From assembly GCA_042218035.1 (NCBI GenBank), contig JBDGRM010000022.1, positions 1 to 41,308 of the forward strand: 41,308 nucleotides of DNA, in the 5' to 3' direction. The notes beneath the pieces are model-generated. The model saw only the letters and a program-made list of their open reading frames with translations. It made no database searches and was not told the DNA's origin. Each line of letters opens with the position of its first letter. The first letter of the stretch is position 1. Positions 1-9,066 of the stretch are shown here, piece by piece. Both the position numbers and the translations under genes were made by a program. The stretch is from Candidatus Magasanikiibacteriota bacterium (GTDB lineage: Bacteria > Patescibacteriota > Minisyncoccia > UBA6257 > GWB1-50-10).

Positions 1-99
1 ATCAGAAGGCCCGTAACGCATATTTAAAGTAATTGCCAGGGAAAAATACAGAGTAACTATATCGACCAGAAGTATTAATGGTTTTTTTAGTTTTTGCAT
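1..99 (-). CDS. 5' end of a membrane protein, probably a sugar transferase (polyprenyl glycosylphosphotransferase); runs off the window
   Basis: Manual translation from ATG at 99: MQKLKKPLILLVDIVTLYFSLAITLNMRYGPSD..., resembling the 'LLxxDxxxLxxSLxxxxxxRY' first TM helix of WbaP/WcaJ-type transferases; divergent from dsbA. Confidence 0.5.
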   Translation of the reverse strand, partial: MQKLKKPLILLVDIVTLYFSLAITLNMRYGPSD

Positions 100-233
100 A
101 ATTTTTATATAAAACTCCGAAAACCTCCTCATATAAATGGTAGACCCTTGCTTTACTTGTTTCAATTGTAAGATTACAGGTTTGTTAGGGTTGTATTTTG
201 GTGTTAAAATACTAATCAGTAATAAAGAAAATC

Positions 234-950
234 ATGCAAAATACAAATTCCAAGAACAACGGCTTACAAAATTATATTCTCCCGATCAGCATTTTAATAG
301 CGGCTATAATGATATCCGGTTCTTTGCTCTATACTTCCATGAGCAAGGCAGGCTCTAAAAAACCTGCAGATAGCAACCAGAAAAAGAAAAAAATTACAGG
401 AACCCCTTCTGCCATAAATAAAGTAACAAAGGATGACCATGTTAAAGGAAGCCTAGATGCTCCTGTAAAAGTTATAGAATATTCTGATTTTGAATGTCCT
501 TTCTGCCAGCGTTTCCACCCTACTATGGAAAAAATTAAAAAAGAATACGGCGATAAAGTTGCTTGGGTCTACAGACACTTTCCCCTTCCACGTTTACACC
601 CATCTGCAAAAAAGGCGGCAGAGGCCTCTGAGTGTGTAGCAAGTTTGCAAGGAGAAGACGCCTTCTGGAGCTTTGCGGACAAATTGTTTGCTAATCAGGA
701 TCAACTTGGCTCAGGTGCTATCGAAAAATATGCTCAAGAGGTTGGAGTTGAAAAATCAAAACTGAATCAGTGCTTGGATAGTGATAAGTTCGTTGATCTA
801 GTAAATAAACACAAACAAAATGCAGCCAAAGCCGGAGCTCGAGGGACTCCATATACAATATTAGTGAGCGATGGAAAGTACGTTCCTATCAATGGAGCCC
901 AGCCTTATAGCCGAGTTTCTCAAGAAATAGATAAACTTCTTAACGATTAA
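234..950 (+). CDS. dsbA: DsbA/BdbD-family thiol-disulfide oxidoreductase, N-terminal membrane anchor
   Basis: TM helix, EYSDFECPFC active site, YRHFPL, cis-Pro loop GTP, GAQPY. Confidence 0.92.
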   Translation: MQNTNSKNNGLQNYILPISILIAAIMISGSLLYTSMSKAGSKKPADSNQKKKKITGTPSAINKVTKDDHVKGSLDAPVKVIEYSDFECPFCQRFHPTMEKIKKEYGDKVAWVYRHFPLPRLHPSAKKAAEASECVASLQGEDAFWSFADKLFANQDQLGSGAIEKYAQEVGVEKSKLNQCLDSDKFVDLVNKHKQNAAKAGARGTPYTILVSDGKYVPINGAQPYSRVSQEIDKLLND

Positions 951-963
951 TCAATAAAAAAAG

Positions 964-1122
964 ATGAGCTGGAACAACTGGCTTATTGTCGTAATAGGTG
1001 GTTTTACTATTATTTCTCCATGGGTGCTCGGATTCTCAGACCTGTCTTTGGTGAGTTGGAATAATATTATTATAGGCAGCCTTATAGTGGTATGTTCTAT
1101 TTGGAACTTCAATGTTAGTTAA
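964..1122 (+). CDS. SPW-repeat small membrane protein (52 aa, absent from the ORF track)
   Basis: MSWNNWLIVVIGGFTIISPWVLGFSDLSLVSWNNIIIGSLIVVCSIWNFNVS*: two TM segments with SPWxLGF and WNNxIxG motifs. Confidence 0.85.
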   Translation: MSWNNWLIVVIGGFTIISPWVLGFSDLSLVSWNNIIIGSLIVVCSIWNFNVS

Positions 1123-1129
1123 ACCTTTT

Positions 1130-1138
1130 TGGTATAAT
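1130..1138 (+). promoter_or_regulatory. extended -10 promoter (TGgTATAAT)
   Basis: Perfect TGnTATAAT ~55 nt upstream of the ORF at 1192. Confidence 0.6.
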
Positions 1139-1191
1139 TAAAATAGGTAATTTTACCAAAAAGGTCGAAAAAAGAGGTATTAATTTTTAAT

Positions 1192-1515
1192 ATGTTTCAA
1201 TCCCTCAAAGATTTATTTGGAGGCGGCTCAAGCGGCAGGAAAGATTTTGAAACGGACAAAGAGACATCAAGCAGCAAAATGACCGAAGAACAAAGCTTTT
1301 CTCAGGATAATTCCGTGACTCGTAATGAAGACCAATCCCCAGATCGAGAAAACCTTTCTGAAAAATTGGATGAAGATATTGCTACCCCGGAACCTCAAGA
1401 AACCACTACCCCTTCCTCCAGCTCAAAATCACCCTCAAGGGAAGAAACACCTAAAAAGACCTGCCCTACATGTGGCACCGAACTACAAAATAAAAAATGT
1501 CCTAATTGTAGTTAG
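1192..1515 (+). CDS. hypothetical disordered protein with C-terminal zinc ribbon
   Basis: S/T/E-rich low complexity, ends CPTCGTELQNKKCPNCS; own promoter and terminator. Confidence 0.7.
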   Translation: MFQSLKDLFGGGSSGRKDFETDKETSSSKMTEEQSFSQDNSVTRNEDQSPDRENLSEKLDEDIATPEPQETTTPSSSSKSPSREETPKKTCPTCGTELQNKKCPNCS

Positions 1516-1557
1516 CAAAGACTTGAGACTTGTATTTTTAAGCCTTTAGCTTACTAT

Positions 1558-1585
1558 AAAAAGCGGCCCGAGCGGGCCGCTTTTT
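1558..1585. terminator. intrinsic (bidirectional) terminator
   Basis: AAAAAGCGGCCCG-AG-CGGGCCGCTTTTT perfect GC stem flanked by A and T tracts. Confidence 0.85.
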
Positions 1586-1598
1586 GTCTGACTAATAG

Positions 1599-1626
1599 TT
1601 GCAGCCTCGTAAAATTCGCTTATACT
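1599..1626 (+). promoter_or_regulatory. probable sigma70 promoter for tRNA-Thr/prfB
   Basis: TTGCAG-N16-TATACT just after the terminator. Confidence 0.45.
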
Positions 1627-1708
1627 TACCACGAGGTAAAAAACAAAAACCTGCATTAGCAAATACTCCAGCCAACTCAGTGTGGTGAATGATAGCGAGC
1701 TTTATACA

Positions 1709-1780
1709 GCCGCCCTAGCTTAATGGCAAAGCACCCCCCTCGTAAGGGGAAGATTGTCGGTTCGAATCCGATGGGCGGCT
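1709..1780 (+). tRNA. trnT: tRNA-Thr(CGT), CCA not encoded
   Basis: Acceptor GCCGCCC/GGGCGGC, D-arm GCTT/AAGC, anticodon loop CT-CGT-AA, T-arm GTCGG-TTCGAAT-CCGAT. Confidence 0.93.
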
Positions 1781-1784
1781 CATT

Positions 1785-2495
1785 ATGAATTACAATCCAA
1801 ACATAGTTTATATTACTGCCAAACCGGGAGCAGGAGGAAAAGATGCCAAAGATTTTGCCATTATGCTCTTAAAAATGTATATGAAATATGCCAAGAAAAA
1901 AGGATGGAAAGCAAAGGTTTTAGATTCTCATACGATACAGATTACCGGCAAGAAAGTATATCCAAAATTGAAGGAAGAGGCCGGTGTTCACAGATTGGTT
2001 AGGATATCCCCCTTTGATTCTGATGACCAGAGACATACCTCCTTTTGTGCTATAGAAGTTTTGCCGGAAATAGCTAAAATCGATCAATCTGATATTGAAA
2101 TTCCCGACCATGATTTGGATGTCAGCTTCTCAAAAGCTAGCGGTCCCGGAGGGCAAAACGTTAACAAAGTTGAAACTGCAGTTCGCATTGTACATAAGCC
2201 AACGGGGGTGAGTGCCTCTTCTCAAGCGGAGCGCTCACAAGCACGTAACAGAAAAAAAGCCCTTAAAATCCTAAAGTCAAAACTCGCTAAACAGATGAAA
2301 GAAAAAAGAGAAGAAGACTTGAACAAGCTGAAAGTGAACACGGAACCCGACTGGGGGCAAGAGACACGCTCCTATGTGCTTGACCCCTATCAGCAAGTGA
2401 GAGACAAGAATTTGGATGTGAAAATATCGCAAGTAAAGGAAGTCCTTGATGGTAATTTGGATATTCTTTATAAGGCAGCTAAGAATGATTCCTAA
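1785..2495 (+). CDS. prfB: peptide chain release factor 2, N-terminally truncated (domain 1 absent)
   Basis: [11 protein letters not shown] (SPF specificity motif), [14 protein letters not shown] (GGQ), RSYVLDPYQ; prfB-ftsE-ftsX synteny. Confidence 0.85.
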   Translation: MNYNPNIVYITAKPGAGGKDAKDFAIMLLKMYMKYAKKKGWKAKVLDSHTIQITGKKVYPKLKEEAGVHRLVRISPFDSDDQRHTSFCAIEVLPEIAKIDQSDIEIPDHDLDVSFSKASGPGGQNVNKVETAVRIVHKPTGVSASSQAERSQARNRKKALKILKSKLAKQMKEKREEDLNKLKVNTEPDWGQETRSYVLDPYQQVRDKNLDVKISQVKEVLDGNLDILYKAAKNDS

Positions 2496-2648
2496 TCGTG
2501 CAATTCTCTACATATAGAAACTTTCCAAATGGACACTCTTTAGCTTATGAAGTAAACTAATTAAGTGTAAGAATGTTTATAATCAGTTGCGCATTTCAGG
2601 TGGTATAAATCAATTGCCAACTGCTAAATGTCAATTGTCTCCTAACAT

Positions 2649-3338
2649 ATGATTGTTTTTAAAAACGTAAGCAAGCATTACAAACCAGACGGTAGAAAAT
2701 CGGTTGCCTTGGAAAATGTTAGTTTTAAAATTCAACCCAATGAATTTGTTTCAGTAGTAGGTCGTTCCGGCGCTGGTAAATCTACAGTTGTTCGGCTACT
2801 TACCGGCGAGGAAAAGCCTTCGGAGGGTGAAGTTTACTTTGGCTCTTATGAGGTAAATGAATTAGAGCCTGAAGAGTTGCCTGAATTTAGAAGAAATATC
2901 GGCGTAGTATTTCAAGATTTTCGCTTACTTTCTCACAAAACAGCCTTTGAAAACGTGAGCTTTGTTTTGGAGGTAGAGGGATATTCTCAAAAGGAGATAA
3001 ATAACTTGGTCCCCCAAGTGTTGGAATTAGTTGATTTACAGGATAAATCTCATCAATTTCCTGCTGAGCTTTCAGGAGGTGAAAAACAAAGGGTTGCCAT
3101 TGCCCGAGCCATGATAAACAAACCCGAGGTCATAGTAGCAGATGAGCCAACTGGAAATCTAGACCCTAAAAACAAGTGGGAGGTCATTAAACTTTTAACA
3201 AAAATCAATGAATTGGGTAGCACGGTGCTTTTGGCAACGCATGACAAAGAGATTGTAAACTCTTTGGGTCAGAGAGTCATAACTCTTAAAGGGGGGAGGA
3301 TAGTCTCTGATGAGGCTAACGGCAGATTCAAAGCATGA
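2649..3338 (+). CDS. ftsE: cell division ABC ATPase FtsE
   Basis: GRSGAGKST, IGVVFQDFRLL, LSGGEKQRV, ADEPTGNLDP, ATHD; precedes ftsX. Confidence 0.93.
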   Translation: MIVFKNVSKHYKPDGRKSVALENVSFKIQPNEFVSVVGRSGAGKSTVVRLLTGEEKPSEGEVYFGSYEVNELEPEELPEFRRNIGVVFQDFRLLSHKTAFENVSFVLEVEGYSQKEINNLVPQVLELVDLQDKSHQFPAELSGGEKQRVAIARAMINKPEVIVADEPTGNLDPKNKWEVIKLLTKINELGSTVLLATHDKEIVNSLGQRVITLKGGRIVSDEANGRFKA

Positions 3339-3359
3339 TAAATTAATTTTCATACCAAA

Positions 3360-4268
3360 ATGTTTCTTAGCCTTTGGAGAATAATAAAATTCGGTTTTAA
3401 AAATTTCTTTAGAAATAGTTGGCTTTCTATTTCTACTATAAGCGTTATGATTCTCACCTTAGTCGTTTTTGAGGGCCTAATTTTGTTCAATGTAGTATCG
3501 GATAATGCAGTTGAGGCAGTTAAGGATAAGGTAGATATAAGCGTTTATTTTCAAGACAGTGCTTCTGAGGGTGATATTTTAAATATCAAAAAAACATTAG
3601 AGGGCTTTAAAGAAGTTGAAAACGTTACCTATATATCGAAATCAAAAGCTCTTAAGAGATTTAAAAAAAGAAACCCAAATGAAGAAGTAATTTCAAAAAC
3701 GCTCGATGAACTTGAAGGAAACCCCCTTTCGGCTTCTTTGAATATAAAAGCCAAAGAGTTGAGCCAATATGACTCTATAGCTTCATACCTTAATTCAGAC
3801 AGTTTAAAAAAGACTGTAAAAAAGGTTACATACGGCCAAAATGAGCTTGTTATAAATAGACTCCAAAGCATTATTCAAGGGGTTAATGCCGGGGTTTTGA
3901 TCTTAACTCTTTTCTTGTCTTTCCTTGCGGTAGTGGTCACATTGAATACAATAAGCCTGGCTATATTTTCAAACAAAGAGCAAATTAACATTATGAGGAT
4001 GGTTGGTGCTGATAATAAATTCATCCGCGGTCCCTATGTAGTAGAAGGTGTAATCTATGGAATAATAGCAGCTTTGGTTAGTTTTATTATTTTTGTTCCC
4101 TTGGTTAATTTTGTTTCTCCTCATATTGCTGATTTTATAACGAACTTCAGTCTCAAAGATTATTTTAATAAAAACACTCTGCGTCTTGTGACGTATCAAC
4201 TCATTATGGGAGTTGGACTTGGCATAATCTCAAGTATTTTGGCAGTAAGAAAATATCTTAAGGTTTAA
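3360..4268 (+). CDS. ftsX: cell division permease FtsX
   Basis: 4 TM topology with large periplasmic loop, NPL, NTI..., IMRMVGA...FIRGPY..EG. Confidence 0.93.
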   Translation: MFLSLWRIIKFGFKNFFRNSWLSISTISVMILTLVVFEGLILFNVVSDNAVEAVKDKVDISVYFQDSASEGDILNIKKTLEGFKEVENVTYISKSKALKRFKKRNPNEEVISKTLDELEGNPLSASLNIKAKELSQYDSIASYLNSDSLKKTVKKVTYGQNELVINRLQSIIQGVNAGVLILTLFLSFLAVVVTLNTISLAIFSNKEQINIMRMVGADNKFIRGPYVVEGVIYGIIAALVSFIIFVPLVNFVSPHIADFITNFSLKDYFNKNTLRLVTYQLIMGVGLGIISSILAVRKYLKV

Positions 4269-4316
4269 TTAATTTGTTTACCCCTTTTTGTTTAATAATA
4301 ATGTAACCTCTCTCTT

Positions 4317-6332
4317 ATGAACGACAGTGAAAAAATATCCAAATATATCGAAAAACAAAAGGAATTGGTGGATATGGAACGAGAAGAGGAGATGGAAAGA
4401 CACCAAAGAGAAATTAAAAAGTTGTCCGGCAAAGAAAGACAAAGGAAGGGTAGAGCTATACTAAACTTGAAGGGTAAAGATGAGGGTCAAGATTTAGCGG
4501 GCCACTTAGTAAAATTCTCTAAAGTTAAGAAAGATACGAAGTTACCTGAAAATAAAATATCCGTGGGAGATCTTATTATGGTTTCTAAGAAAGACCCTAC
4601 CCGGGATGACAACCCTACCGGCACGGTAATAAAAACAACTAATTATTCCATTACAGCTGCATTCGATGGCCGTCCGCAGGGGTTTGTATACACTAAAGGC
4701 GTTAGGGTAGATTTATACGTTAACGATATTACTTTCCAAAGAATGAAAGAGGCTTTGGATAAACTTCTTGAGCCAAAAGAAAGAATTAGAAAAATTCGGA
4801 ACGCAGTTATTGGAATTGAAAGCATTGAAGAACCCACCCCTGTAGAAGTAGAAAATTGGGAAAACGACGATCTTAATGACTCTCAGAAAAAAGCAGTGAA
4901 AAATTCACTTGGCACAGAGGATATCCATCTTATTCATGGCCCTCCCGGAACAGGAAAGACAACAACTGTTATAGAATTGATAGAGCAGTATGTAAAAGAA
5001 AACAAAAAAATCATAGCCACTGCTGATTCGAATGCCGCTGTTGACAATATTGTAGAATTTTTAGTTGAGAGAGGTGTAAAAACGGTAAGAGTTGGTCACC
5101 CGGCCAGAGTAACGAAACTTTTAAGAAAACACACTCTTGATAGTCTGATCCAAAACAGAGAAGAGCACCAAAAAGCCAGCGGACTAAAAGAGAAAGCCTT
5201 TGATTTACAAGAAAAGCAAGAATCATTAACTTTTCCCTCCGGTCCGAATCGACGTGGACTCTCGAATAGTCAAATAAAAAAGTTGGCCCGAAAGAATAAA
5301 GGTTCCAGAGGCATACGACCCGAAAAAATAAGGAGCATGTCCAAATGGATTCAACTACAAGAAGAAGTAGAAAAACTTTTTTCTAAAGCGGACAAGCTGG
5401 AAAGTAAAGCTTTTAATGAAATTTTGGATGATTTTGAGGTGGTTTGTACTACCAACTCTACTGCCGGAAGCTCTCTTCTAAGTGAAAGAGAGTTTGATAT
5501 CTTGATAATAGACGAGGCAACGCAGGCTACTGAACCTTCTTGTTTGATTCCTATGACATTGGCTAAAAAGACTATTATGGCCGGAGATCACAAGCAACTA
5601 CCTCCAACTGTTCAAAGTCAGGAAGCAAAAGAAAACGGCCTTGACCATACTCTTTTTGAAAAGTTAGCCAAAAGGGAAGGTCGAGGCATAAGAGATCTGC
5701 TTAAGACTCAATATCGAATGAATGGAAAAATAATGAATTTTTCTTCGGATACCTTTTACAACGGCAAAATTGAGGCTCATGAGACAGTTAAAAATCATAC
5801 ATTATCCGACCTCGATTTTGACAATTCCATAATTCATACAAAGTACATAGAAGCTTTGGAGCCTGAGGTGCCAATAATCTTTTTAGACACAAAAAATACC
5901 AACTCTCAAGAGCGGTCAAAGCCAGGCTCTCACTCCAAGGAGAACAGCTATGAGGCAAAAATTTCAACGGGACTAGCAAAGAATGCCCTGAAGGGAGGTC
6001 TAGACCCTCGTCAAGTTGCAGTTATCACTCCTTATGATGACCAATCTGACCTCATAAGCGATAAAATAAAGCAGGATAATTTAGAGGTAAAAACAGTAGA
6101 CGGGTTTCAAGGCAGAGAAAAAGAGATGGTCATTATATCTTTAGTGCGATCGAATACCAACAGAAATATAGGATTTCTTTCCGATTTGCGAAGGTTGAAC
6201 GTTGCTTTAACGAGAGCAAAGCGAAAACTCATTTTAATTGGTGATTCTAGTACTATCTGCGTGAATAACACATACTCAGAGTTGGTAAAATACATAAAAG
6301 AAAACGGAAAGTATATTCAACTACCTTTTTAA
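4317..6332 (+). CDS. IGHMBP2/Upf1-like superfamily 1 helicase
   Basis: HGPPGTGKT, SNAAVDN, IDEATQ, GDHKQLPP, QYRM, TVDGFQGREK, RRLNVALTRA. Confidence 0.92.
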   Translation: MNDSEKISKYIEKQKELVDMEREEEMERHQREIKKLSGKERQRKGRAILNLKGKDEGQDLAGHLVKFSKVKKDTKLPENKISVGDLIMVSKKDPTRDDNPTGTVIKTTNYSITAAFDGRPQGFVYTKGVRVDLYVNDITFQRMKEALDKLLEPKERIRKIRNAVIGIESIEEPTPVEVENWENDDLNDSQKKAVKNSLGTEDIHLIHGPPGTGKTTTVIELIEQYVKENKKIIATADSNAAVDNIVEFLVERGVKTVRVGHPARVTKLLRKHTLDSLIQNREEHQKASGLKEKAFDLQEKQESLTFPSGPNRRGLSNSQIKKLARKNKGSRGIRPEKIRSMSKWIQLQEEVEKLFSKADKLESKAFNEILDDFEVVCTTNSTAGSSLLSEREFDILIIDEATQATEPSCLIPMTLAKKTIMAGDHKQLPPTVQSQEAKENGLDHTLFEKLAKREGRGIRDLLKTQYRMNGKIMNFSSDTFYNGKIEAHETVKNHTLSDLDFDNSIIHTKYIEALEPEVPIIFLDTKNTNSQERSKPGSHSKENSYEAKISTGLAKNALKGGLDPRQVAVITPYDDQSDLISDKIKQDNLEVKTVDGFQGREKEMVIISLVRSNTNRNIGFLSDLRRLNVALTRAKRKLILIGDSSTICVNNTYSELVKYIKENGKYIQLPF

Positions 6333-6339
6333 ATGGTTC

Positions 6340-8952
6340 ATGAAATACGCACATTCACAATCTTTAGATAAAATCAAAAAAGACACGGATACGAATTATA
6401 AGGAAGGACTTTCTAAGCAGGAAGCTGCTAAAAGACTTCAAGAAACAAACAAAAACGAATTGCCTCAGAGCAAGCGAAGATCTACTTGGCAGATAATTTT
6501 TTCCCAATTAAAAAACCCACTTATATACATATTAGTTATAGGGAGTATCTTTTCTTTTTACTTATCAAGGTTAGTTGACGGCTTTGTTATTTTAGCAGCC
6601 GCAATTGTAAGCATTATTGTAGGTCTTTGGCAAGAATATAAATCTGAAAATATATTCGAAAAGTTGAGCTCTGCTATCGAAAGAAAGGCTTTGGTGTTAA
6701 GGGATGGCCAGCAAAGAGAAATCAATGCTCGGAATATAGTAGTGGGCGATGTGATAATTTTAGAAGAAGGAAGAAACGTTCCTGCGGATGGTAGAATTCT
6801 TAAATCAAGGAGTCTAAAAACAGATGAATCCGCTCTTACCGGTGAGTCCGAGCCTGTTCAGAAAGATAGAGACTCTTTAGACAAGAACACCCCTCTAGCT
6901 GAAAGGAGTAATATGGTTTTTATGGGTAGTTCGGTTTTGGAGGGGTCCGGCAAAGCTGTGGTAACCGCTACTGGTCAAGAAACTCAACTGGGAAGGGTAA
7001 CTGAACTTACCCAAACAACAGAAAAAAACCAAACCCCCTTGCAGAAAAAAATATCTCAATTAGCTAACTTCCTTACTTTAGCGGTTTTGTTGGGTGGATT
7101 GGTAATAGTGCTGGCTGGACTGTACCAAGCTAGACCTTTTGGTGAAATATTAATTACTGCTGTTGCAGTTTCGGTTGCGGCAGTACCGGAAGGACTTGTA
7201 CCGGCTATAAGTGTAATTCTTGCAGTAAGCGCAAACAAAATTTACAAGGCTAAGGGGTTGGTGAGGAGGTTGGTAGCAGCAGAAACTCTCGGCTCGGCCT
7301 CTGTAATATGTACAGACAAGACCGGCACTCTTACGAAAGGTAAGATGGAAGTTAAAAAAATAATAACACCGGAAGGCAAGTTGGCCTTTGAGCAGAATAA
7401 AATTAACGAAAAAGAAAGCACTCTAGAAAAAAATAAACATACCAAGCTTATAAAACCTTTATTTTTTGCAAATGAATCAAAAATAGAAAAGACAAAGGAA
7501 GGTTATTATGATTTTGCGGGAAGACCGACTGATAACGCAATAATGAGATCCGCTCTAGCCTTATCAAAGGAAAATTTACCCTCAAAAGATAACCAAATAA
7601 CCAAAGTAGATTTTGATTCTCGGTGGAAATATATAGCCTCTTTTACAAAAAACAAAGTTTTTGTAGGAGGGGCTCCGGAGCAAATATTGAGTTTTACTGA
7701 TTTAAATAATGAGAAGCGAAAAAAAATTATAGATAAAAGCGAAAAACTTGCCCAAAGCGGCTTTCGAATAGTAGCTTTTGGTCAAAAGAATTATTCACAA
7801 AAAGTTTTTGGGTCAACTGACAGAGAAAAGTTGCGTGATATAGCAGAAAGCAACATAAATTTTGTATGCCTTACTGCCATTCGAGACCCTATAAGGCCCG
7901 AAGTGAAAGAATCGTTGCAAATAACCAGAGAAGCGGGCATAACCCCAATCATGGTTACAGGAGACCATCTTCTCACAGCAAAGGCAATAGGTAAGGAGCT
8001 GGGCTTTAAAACAAATGAAGAGTCTACCATCACGGGAGAAGAGCTAAGAGAGCTGGATGAGGAGAGCTTTGAGAAAAGAGTGGAAAATATAGAAGTTTAT
8101 GCTCGAGCGACGCCAGAAAATAAAATGAGGATAGTGGAAAAGTGGCAGAATAAGGGCGAGACAATAGGGATGACGGGAGATGGAGTAAATGACGCCCCCG
8201 CCCTTAAAAAGTCGGACATAGGTATTTCGGTGGAAAGCGGAACTGACGTAGCAAGAGATGCTTCAGACTTGGTTTTACTTGATAACAGTTTTTCGGTTAT
8301 TAAAGAAGCAATAAAACAGGGAAGAGCTGCTTTCGACAACATGAAGAAAATGACTCTCTTTTTGCTTTCGGGTTCTTTAGCGGAGTTTGGAATAATAATA
8401 TTTTCTATCTTAGGCGGGTTTTCTTTGCCCATTACGGGAGTGCAAATATTATGGATTAATTTTATTCAAGATGTTTTCCCCAGCATTTCTTTGGGTTTTG
8501 AGCCTGCAGAAGAAGGAGTAATGAAAAGAGACCCGATTCCAAAATCAAAAACTTTAACTGGTTCTTTTGTAAAGAAGGTGGTTTTTGTTGTAACTATGTT
8601 TATTGTCGTCTTTGGCCTCCTTGCTTTTGTATTTGCTAACTCATACAGCCTTAAGATAGAAACAATGAGGACTATAGTATTCACGATAGTAGGGTTAAAA
8701 TCATTAGCTTATATCTGGCCTATGAAAACACTCAAGGAACCGATATGGAAAGCTGAATTATTTAACAATAAACCACTTATATTTTCAGTTATTTTTGGGG
8801 TCTTTCTCTTAATTTCAGCTGTATACACCCCTTTTCTAAACAGAATTCTCGGCACTGCGCCTTTGAGTTTTGTAGAGTGGCTTCCTGCGATATTTTCAGC
8901 CCTTTTCACTGCAGGTTTGGTTGAAATAATGAAGAAACTTCATCATAATTGA
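6340..8952 (+). CDS. P-type cation-transporting ATPase (P2A, Ca2+/cation)
   Basis: TGES, PEGL, DKTGTLT, MVTGD, MTGDGVNDAPALK, ~10 TM helices. Confidence 0.93.
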   Translation: MKYAHSQSLDKIKKDTDTNYKEGLSKQEAAKRLQETNKNELPQSKRRSTWQIIFSQLKNPLIYILVIGSIFSFYLSRLVDGFVILAAAIVSIIVGLWQEYKSENIFEKLSSAIERKALVLRDGQQREINARNIVVGDVIILEEGRNVPADGRILKSRSLKTDESALTGESEPVQKDRDSLDKNTPLAERSNMVFMGSSVLEGSGKAVVTATGQETQLGRVTELTQTTEKNQTPLQKKISQLANFLTLAVLLGGLVIVLAGLYQARPFGEILITAVAVSVAAVPEGLVPAISVILAVSANKIYKAKGLVRRLVAAETLGSASVICTDKTGTLTKGKMEVKKIITPEGKLAFEQNKINEKESTLEKNKHTKLIKPLFFANESKIEKTKEGYYDFAGRPTDNAIMRSALALSKENLPSKDNQITKVDFDSRWKYIASFTKNKVFVGGAPEQILSFTDLNNEKRKKIIDKSEKLAQSGFRIVAFGQKNYSQKVFGSTDREKLRDIAESNINFVCLTAIRDPIRPEVKESLQITREAGITPIMVTGDHLLTAKAIGKELGFKTNEESTITGEELRELDEESFEKRVENIEVYARATPENKMRIVEKWQNKGETIGMTGDGVNDAPALKKSDIGISVESGTDVARDASDLVLLDNSFSVIKEAIKQGRAAFDNMKKMTLFLLSGSLAEFGIIIFSILGGFSLPITGVQILWINFIQDVFPSISLGFEPAEEGVMKRDPIPKSKTLTGSFVKKVVFVVTMFIVVFGLLAFVFANSYSLKIETMRTIVFTIVGLKSLAYIWPMKTLKEPIWKAELFNNKPLIFSVIFGVFLLISAVYTPFLNRILGTAPLSFVEWLPAIFSALFTAGLVEIMKKLHHN

Positions 8953-8995
8953 TATTTTTGAAATTTAGCCCAGTATTGATACACTCTTTTTAGAT

Positions 8996-9066
8996 TGCCG
9001 GGTCGTCTAATGGTAGGACGCTGGTTTCTGGTACCAGAAATCCTGGTTCGAATCCAGGCCCGGCAG
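8996..9066 (+). tRNA. trnQ: tRNA-Gln(CTG), CCA not encoded in this copy
   Basis: TGCCGGG/CCCGGCA acceptor, CTGGT-TT-CTG-GT-ACCAG anticodon arm, CCTGG-TTCGAAT-CCAGG T-arm. Confidence 0.95.

Noticed and set aside
1754-2002. Alternative-frame ORF as a possible frameshifted 5' part of prfB
   Set aside because: Starts inside the tRNA, has no RF domain 1 resemblance, and there is no CTT-TGA-C site
2580-2645. CAATTG/CAGTTG short repeats upstream of ftsE
   Set aside because: Too short and irregular to support an operator or array
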